DNA from: Polyangiales bacterium
Lineage (GTDB): Bacteria; Myxococcota_A; Polyangia; Polyangiales; Ga0077539
Assembly: GCA_044229975.1 (NCBI GenBank)
Contig: JBGARZ010000004.1
Location: 160,001-224,000, forward strand
DNA: 64,000 nucleotides
Reading direction: 5' to 3'
Shown here piece by piece: positions 40,999 to 50,536 of this stretch (positions within the stretch are counted from its first letter, which is position 1; every line of letters begins with the position of its first letter). The notes beneath the pieces are model-generated. The model saw only the letters and a list, made by a program, of their open reading frames with translations, was not told the DNA's origin and ran no database searches. A program made the position numbers and the translations under genes.

Positions 40999-41754
40999 AT
41001 GAAGACCAGCGGAAACACGATTCTGATCACGGGCGGGGCGACGGGCATCGGGCGCGGACTGGCCGAGGCGTTTCACGCCCGCGGCAACAAGGTCATCCTC
41101 GCGGGCCGACGGAAGGAGGTGCTCGACGAGGTCGTCGCGGCCAACCCGGGCATGAGCGCGTACGTGCTCGACGTGGGGGACGCCGTGGCCATCCGCGAGT
41201 TCGCGCGGCGGGTCACGGCCGAGCACCCGACGCTCGACGTGCTCATCAACAACGCGGGCATCATGCGCGCCGAAGCACTGCTGACGCAGACCGACGACGT
41301 GGCCGACGCGGAGGCGACGGTGATCACCAACGTGCTCGGACCCATCCGGCTCACGGCGGCGCTGCTGCCCGCGCTCCAGAAGCGCCCGCGCTCGGCGATC
41401 GTGAATGTGTCGTCGGGGCTGGCGTTTGTTCCGCTGGTGCAGACGCCGACGTACTCGGCGACGAAGGCGGCGCTGCACTCGTACACGCAGTCGCTGCGGC
41501 ACCAGCTCAAGGGGACCAGCACCGAGGTCATCGAGCTCGTCCCCCCGGCGGTGCAGACCGACCTCATGCCCGGCCACGCGGTCAACCCGCGGTCGATGCC
41601 GCTCGACGAGTACATCGCCGAGGTGATGGGCATCTTCGAGGCGCAGCCGGACGCGGAGGAGGTGTGCGTCGAGCGGGTGAAGTTCCTGCGCAACGCGGAG
41701 GCGGAGGGGCGCTTCGGGCAGACCTTCGAGATGCTCAACAGCGCCGCGCGCTGA
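40999..41754 (+). CDS. SDR oxidoreductase (DltE-like)
   Basis: TGGATGIG, NNAG, VSSGLAF, YSATK; GGAG Shine-Dalgarno upstream. Confidence 0.94.
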   Translation: MKTSGNTILITGGATGIGRGLAEAFHARGNKVILAGRRKEVLDEVVAANPGMSAYVLDVGDAVAIREFARRVTAEHPTLDVLINNAGIMRAEALLTQTDDVADAEATVITNVLGPIRLTAALLPALQKRPRSAIVNVSSGLAFVPLVQTPTYSATKAALHSYTQSLRHQLKGTSTEVIELVPPAVQTDLMPGHAVNPRSMPLDEYIAEVMGIFEAQPDAEEVCVERVKFLRNAEAEGRFGQTFEMLNSAAR

Positions 41755-41803
41755 GGGGCATCGAGGGACGTCGCCCGCCATCGTGAAGAAAATTTCACCG
41801 GCG

Positions 41804-41830
41804 TGTCGATCCCGACAAGGCTGCTTCGTC
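41804..41830 (+). promoter_or_regulatory. ECF42-type promoter
   Basis: TGTCGA-N17-CGTC upstream of the DGPF gene; matches the published ECF42 consensus (-35 TGTCGA, -10 CG(A/T)C). Confidence 0.7.
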
Positions 41831-41913
41831 GTGAGGATGGAGCACGGGTCACGGTCGGTACATGACCGTCGATCGGGAGTGCTCTGCCGAACCCCCAACG
41901 AAAGACGACGACG

Positions 41914-42333
41914 ATGCGCTTCATGGTGATGATGCTTCCGGGCGAGCAGGCGGAGGCGGGCGTGCTGCCTGACGAGAAGATCCTGACGGCGATGGGCCAG
42001 TACAACGAGGAGCTGGTGAAGGCCGGGGTGCTGCTCGCGGGCGAGGGGTTGCACCCGAGCTCGAAGGGCGTGCGGGTGAAGTTCGAGGGCGGGAAGGTGA
42101 CGGTGAGCGACGGGCCCTTCGTCGAGGCGAAGGAGGTCATCGGCGGCTTCTGGATCTTCCAGGTGAAGTCGAAGGAAGAAGCCATCGAGTGGGTCAAGCG
42201 CTGCCCCACGGTGGGCTCGCAGCAGATCGAGATCCGCAAGATCGCCGAGGCGGAGGACTTCGGCCCGGCGCTCACCCCCGAGCTGCGCGAAGCCGAAGAG
42301 CGACTGCGCGCGCAGGCGGCCGCGAACAAGTAG
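41914..42333 (+). CDS. YciI family (DGPF) protein
   Basis: AGEGLHPSS, DGPFVEAKEVIGGFW, EAIEWVKRCP. Confidence 0.94.
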   Translation: MRFMVMMLPGEQAEAGVLPDEKILTAMGQYNEELVKAGVLLAGEGLHPSSKGVRVKFEGGKVTVSDGPFVEAKEVIGGFWIFQVKSKEEAIEWVKRCPTVGSQQIEIRKIAEAEDFGPALTPELREAEERLRAQAAANK

Positions 42334-42420
42334 CGGGCGATACGCCCACGGGATCGTGACGCCGATCGGGGGGACGGCGCGATGGTCCCGGTTTCGTGAG
42401 GTCGCCGCGCGATCGACGCG

Positions 42421-43215
42421 TCAGCCGAACGCCTCGTCCGCCGTGGCGGCCGTGACGACGCGCACCGCCCAGGCGCTGAGCTGCGCCACATCCCGGCACG
42501 CCTCGACGCGCGCCCACTGCTCGGGCGAGAGCGTCCACCCGCGCGCTTCGATGGTCGCGCGCAGGAGCGAGCGAGCCCCCTCCTCGCGCCCCTCCTCGCG
42601 CCCCTCCTCGCGCCCCTCGGTGCGCACCGCATCGAGGCTCTCGTATCCCTGCCGCTGGAGGAGGTTGCGCAGCGCGGCTTCGTGCGCGACCTCGCGGTCG
42701 TAGAGCGCCTCGATCGCCACCGCGTTGCGCAGCACGCCGGGCGCGGTGAGCGACTGACCCGGGCCCACCACCTTCACGGGCTGACCCTTCTCGTGCACCT
42801 CGACGCGCCGCGGACCGATGAGCCGGACGACCCACACCCAGCGCGTGCCGCCCGTGTGCAGCTCGACGATCTTCTGTTGGAGCGCGGCCTCGTCCTGGCC
42901 GACGGAGGCGTACTCCACGGCGAGCGGCGGCGCGGTGGTGCCCCAGCCCGGTCGCTCGGGGCCGAGGCCCACGGCGAGGTCGGGGGCGCGCAGCGTGTCA
43001 GGGCCGAGCGCGATGCCCGCGTCGACGCCGACGGCGGGCGCGAGGGGGTCGGTGTCGAGCACGAGGCCGCCGCGGAGGTTGGGGCCGGCGCCGTCGTGGC
43101 CCGTCGGAGCGGCATAGACGGCATGCCCCTGCGAGAGCTCGTAGGGGTCACCCGAGGACAGGTGCCACGTGCGGAAGGGACCCGGCGCGTGCTTCGGCTG
43201 CGTCATGGTGGCCAT
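42421..43215 (-). CDS. Uma2 (DUF820) PD-(D/E)XK endonuclease with Rpn-like EGREEG tail
   Basis: YELSQG, RAPDLAV, PPLAVEYAS, K..L...GTRWVWVV; C-terminal (EGRE)3 + RVEAC.D..QL..W helical domain. Confidence 0.85.
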   Translation of the reverse strand: MATMTQPKHAPGPFRTWHLSSGDPYELSQGHAVYAAPTGHDGAGPNLRGGLVLDTDPLAPAVGVDAGIALGPDTLRAPDLAVGLGPERPGWGTTAPPLAVEYASVGQDEAALQQKIVELHTGGTRWVWVVRLIGPRRVEVHEKGQPVKVVGPGQSLTAPGVLRNAVAIEALYDREVAHEAALRNLLQRQGYESLDAVRTEGREEGREEGREEGARSLLRATIEARGWTLSPEQWARVEACRDVAQLSAWAVRVVTAATADEAFG

Positions 43216-43381
43216 GAGCCTACCACCGTCGACGCGGAGCCACGGGCCCGGGACGGTCGTGGAGTTGGTTCCTCGCGACAACCGACGATGGGCACGTCGC
43301 GTCGTCACGCCTGCTTCGCGTCGCCACGACGTCCACCCCATCGTTGCGCTCACCCGCGGGACGGCGCGATGGTCTCCAGCC

Positions 43382-44632
43382 GTGACGACGGACGACGACA
43401 CCCGCCGCGCGATCGCCGCGGTCTTCCGCATCGAGTCGGTGAAGCTCATCGCCGGACTCGCCCGCATGGTGCGCGACGTCGGCCTCGCCGAAGAGCTCGC
43501 CCAGGACGCCCTCGTCGCCGCGCTCGAACACTGGCCCGCGGAGGGCGTTCCCGAGAAGCCGGGGGCTTGGTTGATGGCGACCGCGAAGCGCCGCGCCATC
43601 GACCGGCTGCGCCACGCGCGCCTCTCCGAGCGCAAGCACGACGAGCTCGCCCACGACCTCGCCGACCGCGACTCACCCGTCGAGGCGATCGACGAGGCGA
43701 TCGACGACCACGTCGGCGACGACCTGCTGCGGCTGCTCTTCGTGGCGTGTCATCCGTTGCTCTCGTCCGAGGCGCGCGTCGCGCTCACGCTGCGCCTGCT
43801 CGGTGGGCTCACGACGGTGGAGATCGCGCGGGCGTTTCTGGTCCCCGAGGCGACCATCGCGCAGCGGGTGGTGCGCGCGAAGAAGACGCTGGCGGAGGCG
43901 GGGGTGGCGTTTGAGGTTCCGCGGGGGGCGGAGCTCGGCGCGCGGCTGTCGTCGGTGCTGGAGGTGGTCTACCTGATCTTCAACGAGGGCTACTCGGCGA
44001 CGGCGGGCGACGACTGGATGCGCCCCGCGCTCTGCGAAGACGCGCTGCGCCTCGGACGCATCCTGGCGGGCCTCGCGCCCGACGAGCCGGAGGTGCACGG
44101 CCTCGTGGCGCTGATGGAGTTGCAGGCGTCGCGGTCGAGGGCGCGCGTCGGCCCGACGGGTGAGCCCGTGCTGCTGTTGGAGCAGAACCGCGGGCGATGG
44201 GATCACCTGCTGATCCAGCGGGGCCTCGCGTCGCTGGCGCGGGCCGAGGCGCTGGGCGGGGCGGGTGGTGCGTACGCGGTGCAGGCGGCGCTGGCGGCGT
44301 GTCACGCGCGAGCGAGGACGGCCGAGGAGACCGACTGGGCGCGCATCGCGGCGCTGTACGAACGACTCGCACCGACGCCGGTGGTGGAGCTCAACCGCGC
44401 GGTGGCGGTGGCGATGGCGTACGGACCCGCGGCGGGTTTGGTGGTGGTCGATGGGTTGGTGAAGGAGGGGTCGCTGCGGGAGTACCACCTGTTGCCGAGC
44501 GTGCGGGGTGACCTGCTGGCGCGGCTGGGGCGTGCGGCGGAGGCGAGGGCGGAGTTCGAGCGGGCGGCGGCGCTGACGCGCAACGCGCGGGAGCGGGCGA
44601 TGTTATTGGGGCGCGCGGCGGGGTGTGGGTGA
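43382..44632 (+). CDS. ECF42-type RNA polymerase sigma factor (C-terminal TPR/DUF6596)
   Basis: AEELAQDA, GAWLM.TAKRRAID, LRLLFVACHP, YLIFNEGY, TDWARIAALY, PVVELNRAVA; next to a DGPF gene. Confidence 0.92.
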   Translation: MTTDDDTRRAIAAVFRIESVKLIAGLARMVRDVGLAEELAQDALVAALEHWPAEGVPEKPGAWLMATAKRRAIDRLRHARLSERKHDELAHDLADRDSPVEAIDEAIDDHVGDDLLRLLFVACHPLLSSEARVALTLRLLGGLTTVEIARAFLVPEATIAQRVVRAKKTLAEAGVAFEVPRGAELGARLSSVLEVVYLIFNEGYSATAGDDWMRPALCEDALRLGRILAGLAPDEPEVHGLVALMELQASRSRARVGPTGEPVLLLEQNRGRWDHLLIQRGLASLARAEALGGAGGAYAVQAALAACHARARTAEETDWARIAALYERLAPTPVVELNRAVAVAMAYGPAAGLVVVDGLVKEGSLREYHLLPSVRGDLLARLGRAAEARAEFERAAALTRNARERAMLLGRAAGCG

Positions 44633-44803
44633 GGGAGCGCCATCGGCTCGACGCTGCGAGCCAACGAGGAGGTCACTCGCGCGTTCATTCGACCGGTCCG
44701 CCCAACGCGGACCTACCCCAAGGGACGCGCCCGCCCACGCTGCTGATCCAACCCTGGACGAGTCCCTGGACACCCGCATCGCGCGTCACGGATCATCGCG
44801 CCC

Positions 44804-45295
44804 GTGAAGAAGCAGAAGCCACGACGCGCCGCGAAGCGCCGCCCGACGGCGCCCGCGGTCGGCCCGTCGGCGCGGGAGCGCGCGATGTCGCTCGCGCGGC
44901 AGTTCAAGCTCCCCGAGGCCATCGCGATCCTGCGCGCCGCGCAGCTCTCCCTTGAGCAGGCCGTCGACGTGGCGCCCGCCGACGTCGCGTCCGTGCTGGT
45001 CGACCTCGCGCAGCTTCGCGCCGCCACCGGCGACCTCCCCGCGGCCACGGCCGACGCGCTGCGGGCGGTGTCGCTCCTACGACCCGTGGGCGCGTCGCAC
45101 AACGCCGCGCTCGGCTTCGCGCTCCTCACCCTCGCGCGCCTGGAGTTCGCCGCCTCGGCGGACGCGGCCCCGACCACGTTGCGCGAATCTCTCCGACTCC
45201 TCACCGACGCCCACGGCGCCGATCACGCCATCACGCAGCAGGCGCTCCAGATCGCACGGCTGGCGGGCGTCGTCGACGCGGCACCGTCGGGTTGA
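44804..45295 (+). CDS. Hypothetical TPR-like protein
   Basis: Helical repeats ending HGADHAIT (kinesin-light-chain-type TPR pattern); high GC3. Confidence 0.6.
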   Translation: MKKQKPRRAAKRRPTAPAVGPSARERAMSLARQFKLPEAIAILRAAQLSLEQAVDVAPADVASVLVDLAQLRAATGDLPAATADALRAVSLLRPVGASHNAALGFALLTLARLEFAASADAAPTTLRESLRLLTDAHGADHAITQQALQIARLAGVVDAAPSG

Positions 45296-45320
45296 TCCGT
45301 CGCGGGGGCTTGGATGCCCG

Positions 45321-46163
45321 TCAGCGCTTCTTGCCCGGCGCGAGCAGCGCGCGTGGCCACTGGCGCGCGCCCTCCGGCGCCACCATCGGCTCGAACACCT
45401 GCGTCGTCAGGTCGGCCACGAGCACGGGCGCGGGTGACGTACGCGCGCGTTCGCCACGCACCTGCTGACGATAGAGGCGACCGGCGTCTCCAAACACGAG
45501 CGTGCCGTCCTGCGTCCAGTCTGCCCAGTCGAGCGATCCGAGCTCGCGCGCCCCGGCTTCGGTCGACCCCGTCACCTGAACGAGACGACACGGCCCCGCC
45601 CTCCCTGGATACTCGTCGCGCTCCAGGACGAGGGACAGATCGCGAGGGTTGGGTTTGCGGTACCGCCGCCCTGCGAGCTGCCAGTATTGCCGCGCCTCGG
45701 GCACCTTGAGGACGGCGTCCCCGAACGTGTCCGGTGACGGCCGCGCCTTGTTGCCGCGCCACGGCAGGTACGACCAGACGTCGGAGACCGAGAGCCGCGG
45801 CGGCAGTGATCCCTCGTCGGGCGGGTGCGTGACGCCGAGGACGACGTGGTCGTTGGCGACGAAGAATCCACCGCCGGGCCACGGAAGCTTCGCCTGCCAG
45901 AACGCGAGCGCCGTGAAGTACGGAGGACGGCTCACGCACGTGAAGGTGCGGCCACCCTTTCGCGCGAAGTAGACGAACAGCTCACCGTTGGGCGAGACGC
46001 TGCACGCCCCGAATTCCACGTTCCCCACGAGCCACTGCCCACCCAGCACGGTGCCGTCGCGCAGGTCCCAGGTCAGGAGCCGCACGTGACGCGTCGGCCC
46101 GCGCCGCAGCACGATCGCCACGTCGGCGTCGCGCGCGACGATGGCGTGTGTCGTCGTCTTCAC
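45321..46163 (-). CDS. Hypothetical protein
   Basis: GTG start after a GGGGAA purine run; globular sequence (RRGP...W...GQW, SPNGELFVYFA, SRPPYFTAL, WPGGG). Confidence 0.7.
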   Translation of the reverse strand: MKTTTHAIVARDADVAIVLRRGPTRHVRLLTWDLRDGTVLGGQWLVGNVEFGACSVSPNGELFVYFARKGGRTFTCVSRPPYFTALAFWQAKLPWPGGGFFVANDHVVLGVTHPPDEGSLPPRLSVSDVWSYLPWRGNKARPSPDTFGDAVLKVPEARQYWQLAGRRYRKPNPRDLSLVLERDEYPGRAGPCRLVQVTGSTEAGARELGSLDWADWTQDGTLVFGDAGRLYRQQVRGERARTSPAPVLVADLTTQVFEPMVAPEGARQWPRALLAPGKKR

Positions 46164-46352
46164 TTCCCCGTTTCCATGGTCGGCGGTTTCACGGCGCCAG
46201 TGTACGTCGGACAGCTCGCGATGGACGCCGTGCCCTCCGTCGCGCGATCGAGCACCCGGGGGGATGTGCCGGTGTGTGCAACCCGTGTGGGACCGTCGCG
46301 CGAAACGACGCGCCGACCCGCACGGCACGCGATGTGCGATGAAGGCGGGACG

Positions 46353-47159
46353 ATGAAGACATTGCGTCGGGTCGGGTGGTGGTGGTCGCTCGTGGTGTTG
46401 GGCTGCGGCGCCGGGCCGTTGTCCGGTCAGGTCGACGAGAACGGCGACGAGTGTCCGCTCACCGATCCGCGCGGCGAGGTCACGATCGTGGCCTACCAGA
46501 CGACCGGGTGGGTGGGGCTCGACGTGGTCGGGCGCTTCCAGCGGTCGACGCCTGCGCGCGAGAGCATCGCGTGCCAACGGCGCACGGTGGGCTCGTGCGA
46601 GGTCGTCGCGTGTCGCAACGTCGGCATCGACTTCGTCAACGGCGAGCCCGCCTGCGGCTCGACGAGCGCGGGCTCGGTGCTGGTCACCCGCGGCGCGCAG
46701 GCGCTGCCGGCGGTGGAGTCCTCGGGGCGCCTCACGCTGACGGGCGACCTGGCGGCGGGTGAGTCGTTCGGGGTGCGTACGACCGGGGGCGACGTGCCCG
46801 CGTTTGCGGCGACGGTGCGCCTCCCGGCGCGGGTCGAGGTGCGCGGGCCCGAGGCGCTGTTGCGCAACGGCACGGTCATGGTCGGGCAGGCCGAGGGCGT
46901 GGCGGTGACGTGGGCGCCGACCACGGGCCGCGTGGTGGCGATCGTCACGGGCGACAACGGCGGGCGCTTCACGGCGGAGTGCGCGTTCGACGGAGCGACG
47001 GGGGCGGGGACGGTTCCGCCCGAGGCGCTGCCGGAGCAGACCGGGCGGGTGGAGCTGTGGAGCGAAGACCGGGTCGATCAGCGGGCGGGGGTGTTTCCGG
47101 TCGCGGTGCGCGTGCGGTGGTCGGCGGGCGCAGGGGCCACGCTGGTGCGTGGGTCGTGA
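46353..47159 (+). CDS. Hypothetical lipoprotein
   Basis: Lipobox VLGC; beta-rich sequence with SAG.V.V, GGDVPAF, VTW, ECAFDG..G.GTVP motifs. Confidence 0.75.
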   Translation: MKTLRRVGWWWSLVVLGCGAGPLSGQVDENGDECPLTDPRGEVTIVAYQTTGWVGLDVVGRFQRSTPARESIACQRRTVGSCEVVACRNVGIDFVNGEPACGSTSAGSVLVTRGAQALPAVESSGRLTLTGDLAAGESFGVRTTGGDVPAFAATVRLPARVEVRGPEALLRNGTVMVGQAEGVAVTWAPTTGRVVAIVTGDNGGRFTAECAFDGATGAGTVPPEALPEQTGRVELWSEDRVDQRAGVFPVAVRVRWSAGAGATLVRGS

Positions 47160-47239
47160 GAAGGGTCTGCCGCAACTCGCTGTAGGGCCAACGCCCAAAC
47201 CCCAGACCCATCTCGTCGTTGAAGAGAGCGAACCCCGCC

Positions 47240-48637
47240 CTACGCAGCCGCCTTCGCGTCACCGGCCTCGCGCGGGTTGATCACGTTGCGCAGCGCGATG
47301 ATGGCGACGGGGCCGATGAGCGTGATGACGCCGATGACGATCCAGAGCATGGAGGAGTGGCGCTCGCCGTGGGGCGGGCAGTACGCCGTGAGCAGGCGGC
47401 CCGAGATCATCGCGACGAAGAACTTCGCGAGGAAGTACGGCAGCACGGCGAGGCTCACGTAGGTGGCCTCGCGGCCCTTCGGCGCGATGGAGACGTTGTA
47501 CTCGTAGCTGCGCGGCGACCAAAGCGCCTCGCCGATGGTGAGCAGCACGATGGCGGCGATCTGTACGGGCGTGGATGGTCCGACGGCGAAGAGGAAGGGG
47601 CTCAGCGCCGTCACGAAGGACCCGATCATAATGACCCGGAAGGCCGACACCTTGCGCGTAAACGCCGTGACGATGGGGACGAAGACGAGGATGAGCACGG
47701 AGTTGAGGCTCCAGAGCACGCCCCAGTCGAAGTCCTCGCCGCGCTCGCGGGTGATGTACTTCGGCCACGTCGAGTGCATGTGCACGAAGATGGCCTTCAC
47801 GAAGACCAGCAGCGCGATGAGGATCATGAAGCGCCAGAACGCCCGGTCGCGCACCACCTCGCCGAGGACGGCGAGGGGGTTCTTGCGAGGGGTTCCGTCG
47901 GCGGGCTTGTCGGGGGCGGTGGCGAGGCCGGCGCGGACGAGGGCCTCGTCGCTGCGGACGAAGAGCGTGGTGACGAAGGCGAAGAAGGCCGTGACGGTGC
48001 CGAGGCCGATGATGGCGCGGTAGGCGCTGAGCGTCGTGTCGCCGACGAAGGGGAGGTCGACGAGGCGGGGCACGAGGCGGTGCGTGATGGGGTCGGCGAA
48101 GAAGGACTTGGTGCGGTCGATGAGCTGCCCCGAGAGCACGCCGCCGATGTTGAGCGCGATGTAGAAGAACGAAAACGCGATCGCGACGGTGCGCTTGTTC
48201 GAGTACTTCTGCACCGCCGTCTGCAACACGGGAGAGCCGCTGGCGAGGGCGAAGGAGTAGGCGATGAGCGCGGGCATCGCGACGGCGGCGGACGACGACA
48301 CGGACATCACCGCGCGCGTGGCCATGGCGCCGCCGAAGGAGAAGATCAGCATGCGCCGCGTGCCGACGACGTCGGCGATGGACCCGACGAGGAAGGCGAA
48401 GAGCGACAGCAGGCCGCTGAACACCCCGAACCAGCTGCTCGCGCGCTCGTCGTCGAAGTGGAAGTCGCTGGTCAGCCACAGCGACAGCACCGACATGAAC
48501 GAATACAGCCCGATGTACTCGAAGATGATCGCGGCGTAGGTGAGCCAGAGCTCGCGGGGGCAGCGGAGAAGCTCCCGGAGGTCATCCCAGTAGGAGCGGT
48601 GTTCTTCGGGTGCGGCGGGGGTGGTGGCGGTGCTCAC
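47240..48637 (-). CDS. MFS transporter (POT/peptide transporter-like)
   Basis: About 12 TM segments; GSIADVVGTRR motif A; AFSFFY..LNIG; TIGEALWSP. Confidence 0.9.
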   Translation of the reverse strand: MSTATTPAAPEEHRSYWDDLRELLRCPRELWLTYAAIIFEYIGLYSFMSVLSLWLTSDFHFDDERASSWFGVFSGLLSLFAFLVGSIADVVGTRRMLIFSFGGAMATRAVMSVSSSAAVAMPALIAYSFALASGSPVLQTAVQKYSNKRTVAIAFSFFYIALNIGGVLSGQLIDRTKSFFADPITHRLVPRLVDLPFVGDTTLSAYRAIIGLGTVTAFFAFVTTLFVRSDEALVRAGLATAPDKPADGTPRKNPLAVLGEVVRDRAFWRFMILIALLVFVKAIFVHMHSTWPKYITRERGEDFDWGVLWSLNSVLILVFVPIVTAFTRKVSAFRVIMIGSFVTALSPFLFAVGPSTPVQIAAIVLLTIGEALWSPRSYEYNVSIAPKGREATYVSLAVLPYFLAKFFVAMISGRLLTAYCPPHGERHSSMLWIVIGVITLIGPVAIIALRNVINPREAGDAKAAA

Positions 48638-48688
48638 CCGGCGGGAAGGTACTCCAACGCCGCCCTTTCAACGTGCCCGACATGACGA

Positions 48689-48820
48689 TGCGAGGAACCA
48701 GCGACCGTGAGGGCGCCGGAACAGAGGGCACCGGCGACAAGCATGGCGATCGCTCCGAGGACATCGTCAGCCCCAACGAGCCCTCCGTTTCGGCGCCCTC
48801 ACGGTCGCCGGTTCCTCGCA
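48689..48820. repeat. Inverted repeat (41-bp arms, 50-bp spacer)
   Basis: Arms 48689-48729 and 48780-48820 with 3 mismatches. Confidence 0.85.
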
Positions 48821-48821
48821 G

Positions 48822-49030
48822 GTGTACCTCGCCGACCGCGCGCCCGCGGTGTCGATCGCGACGAGCGGCGGGGCCGGGTCGTGTGCGTTCAGTCCCGATG
48901 GGAGCTGGTTGGCGGTGCTTCAGTACGACCGTGTCGGGTTCATCGAAGTGGCGACGGGCGTGTTGAGCCTCTCGGCGACAAAGCACACCGCCACCGTCGC
49001 CGCGCTCGCGTGGTCGCGCGCCGCGCCGAC
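48822..49030 (+). pseudogene. WD40-repeat gene remnant
   Basis: CAFSPDGSWLAV and HTATVAALAWS; only about 1.5 blades, starting right after the inverted repeat. Confidence 0.45.
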
Positions 49031-49144
49031 GCTGCGGCGTAAGCCCTGGGGACTGCCACCACACGAAGGTCTGCGGCAGGCGCCATCGACGCACGCGGTC
49101 GCACACACGCTCATCGCGCAGCGCTGTAGTAGAACGGCACGACC

Positions 49145-50233
49145 ATGAATACGACCAGCACACCGAAGCGGGTCGCCGTCGTCCTCGCGGGCGCCGTGGC
49201 GAAGGGGGCCTTCGAGGCGGGTGCGCTGCGGGCGCTCGTCGCGCGCGACGTCGAGATCGTGCGCGTCGTTGCGGCGAGCTCCGGGGCGCTCAACGGCACC
49301 GCGCTCGCGGCCGGCATCCGCGCCCGCCGCGCGCGGGAGGCCGTCGACGAGCTCATCGGCCTCTGGCGCAAGGAGGCGAACCTCTGTGGCGCGTTCAACC
49401 CGAAGCCCTTCTCGGCCCTGCGGCTGCGCGGACTCTCCGGCCCCGAGAAGCTCATCGCGCTGCTTCGAGCGCACGTCCCGGTGTGCTCGCTGCCCGAGGC
49501 CGAGCGTCGGCCCATCGACCTGCGCATCGTCGTCTCGCCCCTCCGCGGCGACGACACCACTATCGGCAAGAAGCAGGCGACCACCTTCGAGAAGGTGCTG
49601 AAGTTCGAGGACGGCGCCTTCGATCGACGCGACTCGCTCGACGACGTCTTCCGCGCGGCGGCGGCCTCGTCGGCCTTCCCCTTTGCGTTCGAGGCGGTGA
49701 CGCTGCCGCGCGTCGCGCCCTACGCAGAGAAGGGAACGCGCACCGACGACGTCGGCCCCCTGATCGACGGCGGCACCGTCAACAACACCCCCATCAAGTA
49801 CGCCCTCAGCGATTGGGACAAGGGCGCGTCCGCCGTCGCGGCGCCCGAGGCGGTCGTGGTGGTGTGCCCGACGCCAGAGTACGAGCTGGAGGCCGACCGC
49901 CCGAAGGGACTCCGGGGCGTTGCGTTGCTGGCCCGACTCGTCGACATGCTCATCAACGAGCGGCTCACCCGCGACCTCCACGACGCCGAAGACGTGAACA
50001 CGGCCATCGTCGCCCTCGAAGAGCAGCTCCCCGACAAGAAGCTACGAGCGAAGGTGATGAACGCGATCGGCTGGGCGGGAAGGCGGAAGGTGGAGCTCGT
50101 CTCCATCCGACCGGAGCGCCCATTGGAGGGCAACCCCTTCGCGGCGCTGGCGAGCCGCCGTCTCCGCGACGCCTATCTCGAATCGGGTGAGGAGAGCGCC
50201 CGACGCGCCCTCGACGCCGTCCACTGGCGCTGA
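49145..50233 (+). CDS. Patatin-like phospholipase
   Basis: AGAVAKGAFEAG, AASSG nucleophile elbow, ASSAFP, DGG. Confidence 0.88.
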   Translation: MNTTSTPKRVAVVLAGAVAKGAFEAGALRALVARDVEIVRVVAASSGALNGTALAAGIRARRAREAVDELIGLWRKEANLCGAFNPKPFSALRLRGLSGPEKLIALLRAHVPVCSLPEAERRPIDLRIVVSPLRGDDTTIGKKQATTFEKVLKFEDGAFDRRDSLDDVFRAAAASSAFPFAFEAVTLPRVAPYAEKGTRTDDVGPLIDGGTVNNTPIKYALSDWDKGASAVAAPEAVVVVCPTPEYELEADRPKGLRGVALLARLVDMLINERLTRDLHDAEDVNTAIVALEEQLPDKKLRAKVMNAIGWAGRRKVELVSIRPERPLEGNPFAALASRRLRDAYLESGEESARRALDAVHWR

Positions 50234-50239
50234 GCTGCG

Positions 50240-50456
50240 CCTGACCTTCGGAGTAGGCGGGATGGGAGGCAGAAGTCGCAAGGGCGCGAGGGTCGCAAGG
50301 ACCGGAGTTTCAAGAGCAGCGGAGACCAGCGCCATGCGCGTGATGGTGTCTTGGAAGACTGCGGACCCGACCCTCCGCGCTCCTGAAACTCCGATCCTTG
50401 CGACCCTCGCGCCCTTGCGACTTCTGCCTGCCATCCCGCCTACTCCGAACCTCAGG
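50240..50456. mobile_element. MITE-like element, long TIRs, 11-bp target-site duplication
   Basis: Ends CCTGA...TCAGG; arms about 50240-50324 and 50373-50456; flanked by GCTGAGCTGCG at 50229-50239 and 50457-50467. Confidence 0.75.
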
Positions 50457-50536
50457 GCTGAGCTGCGTCCGTTGACAGCGGGGCCGCGGTGGTGTGAAGC
50501 CAATCGAGGGTCGTCGGGCGGTGGAGGGGGCGACGC

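Noticed and set aside
49145..50233. Patatin as a CBASS effector
   Set aside because: No CD-NTase or other CBASS gene adjacent.
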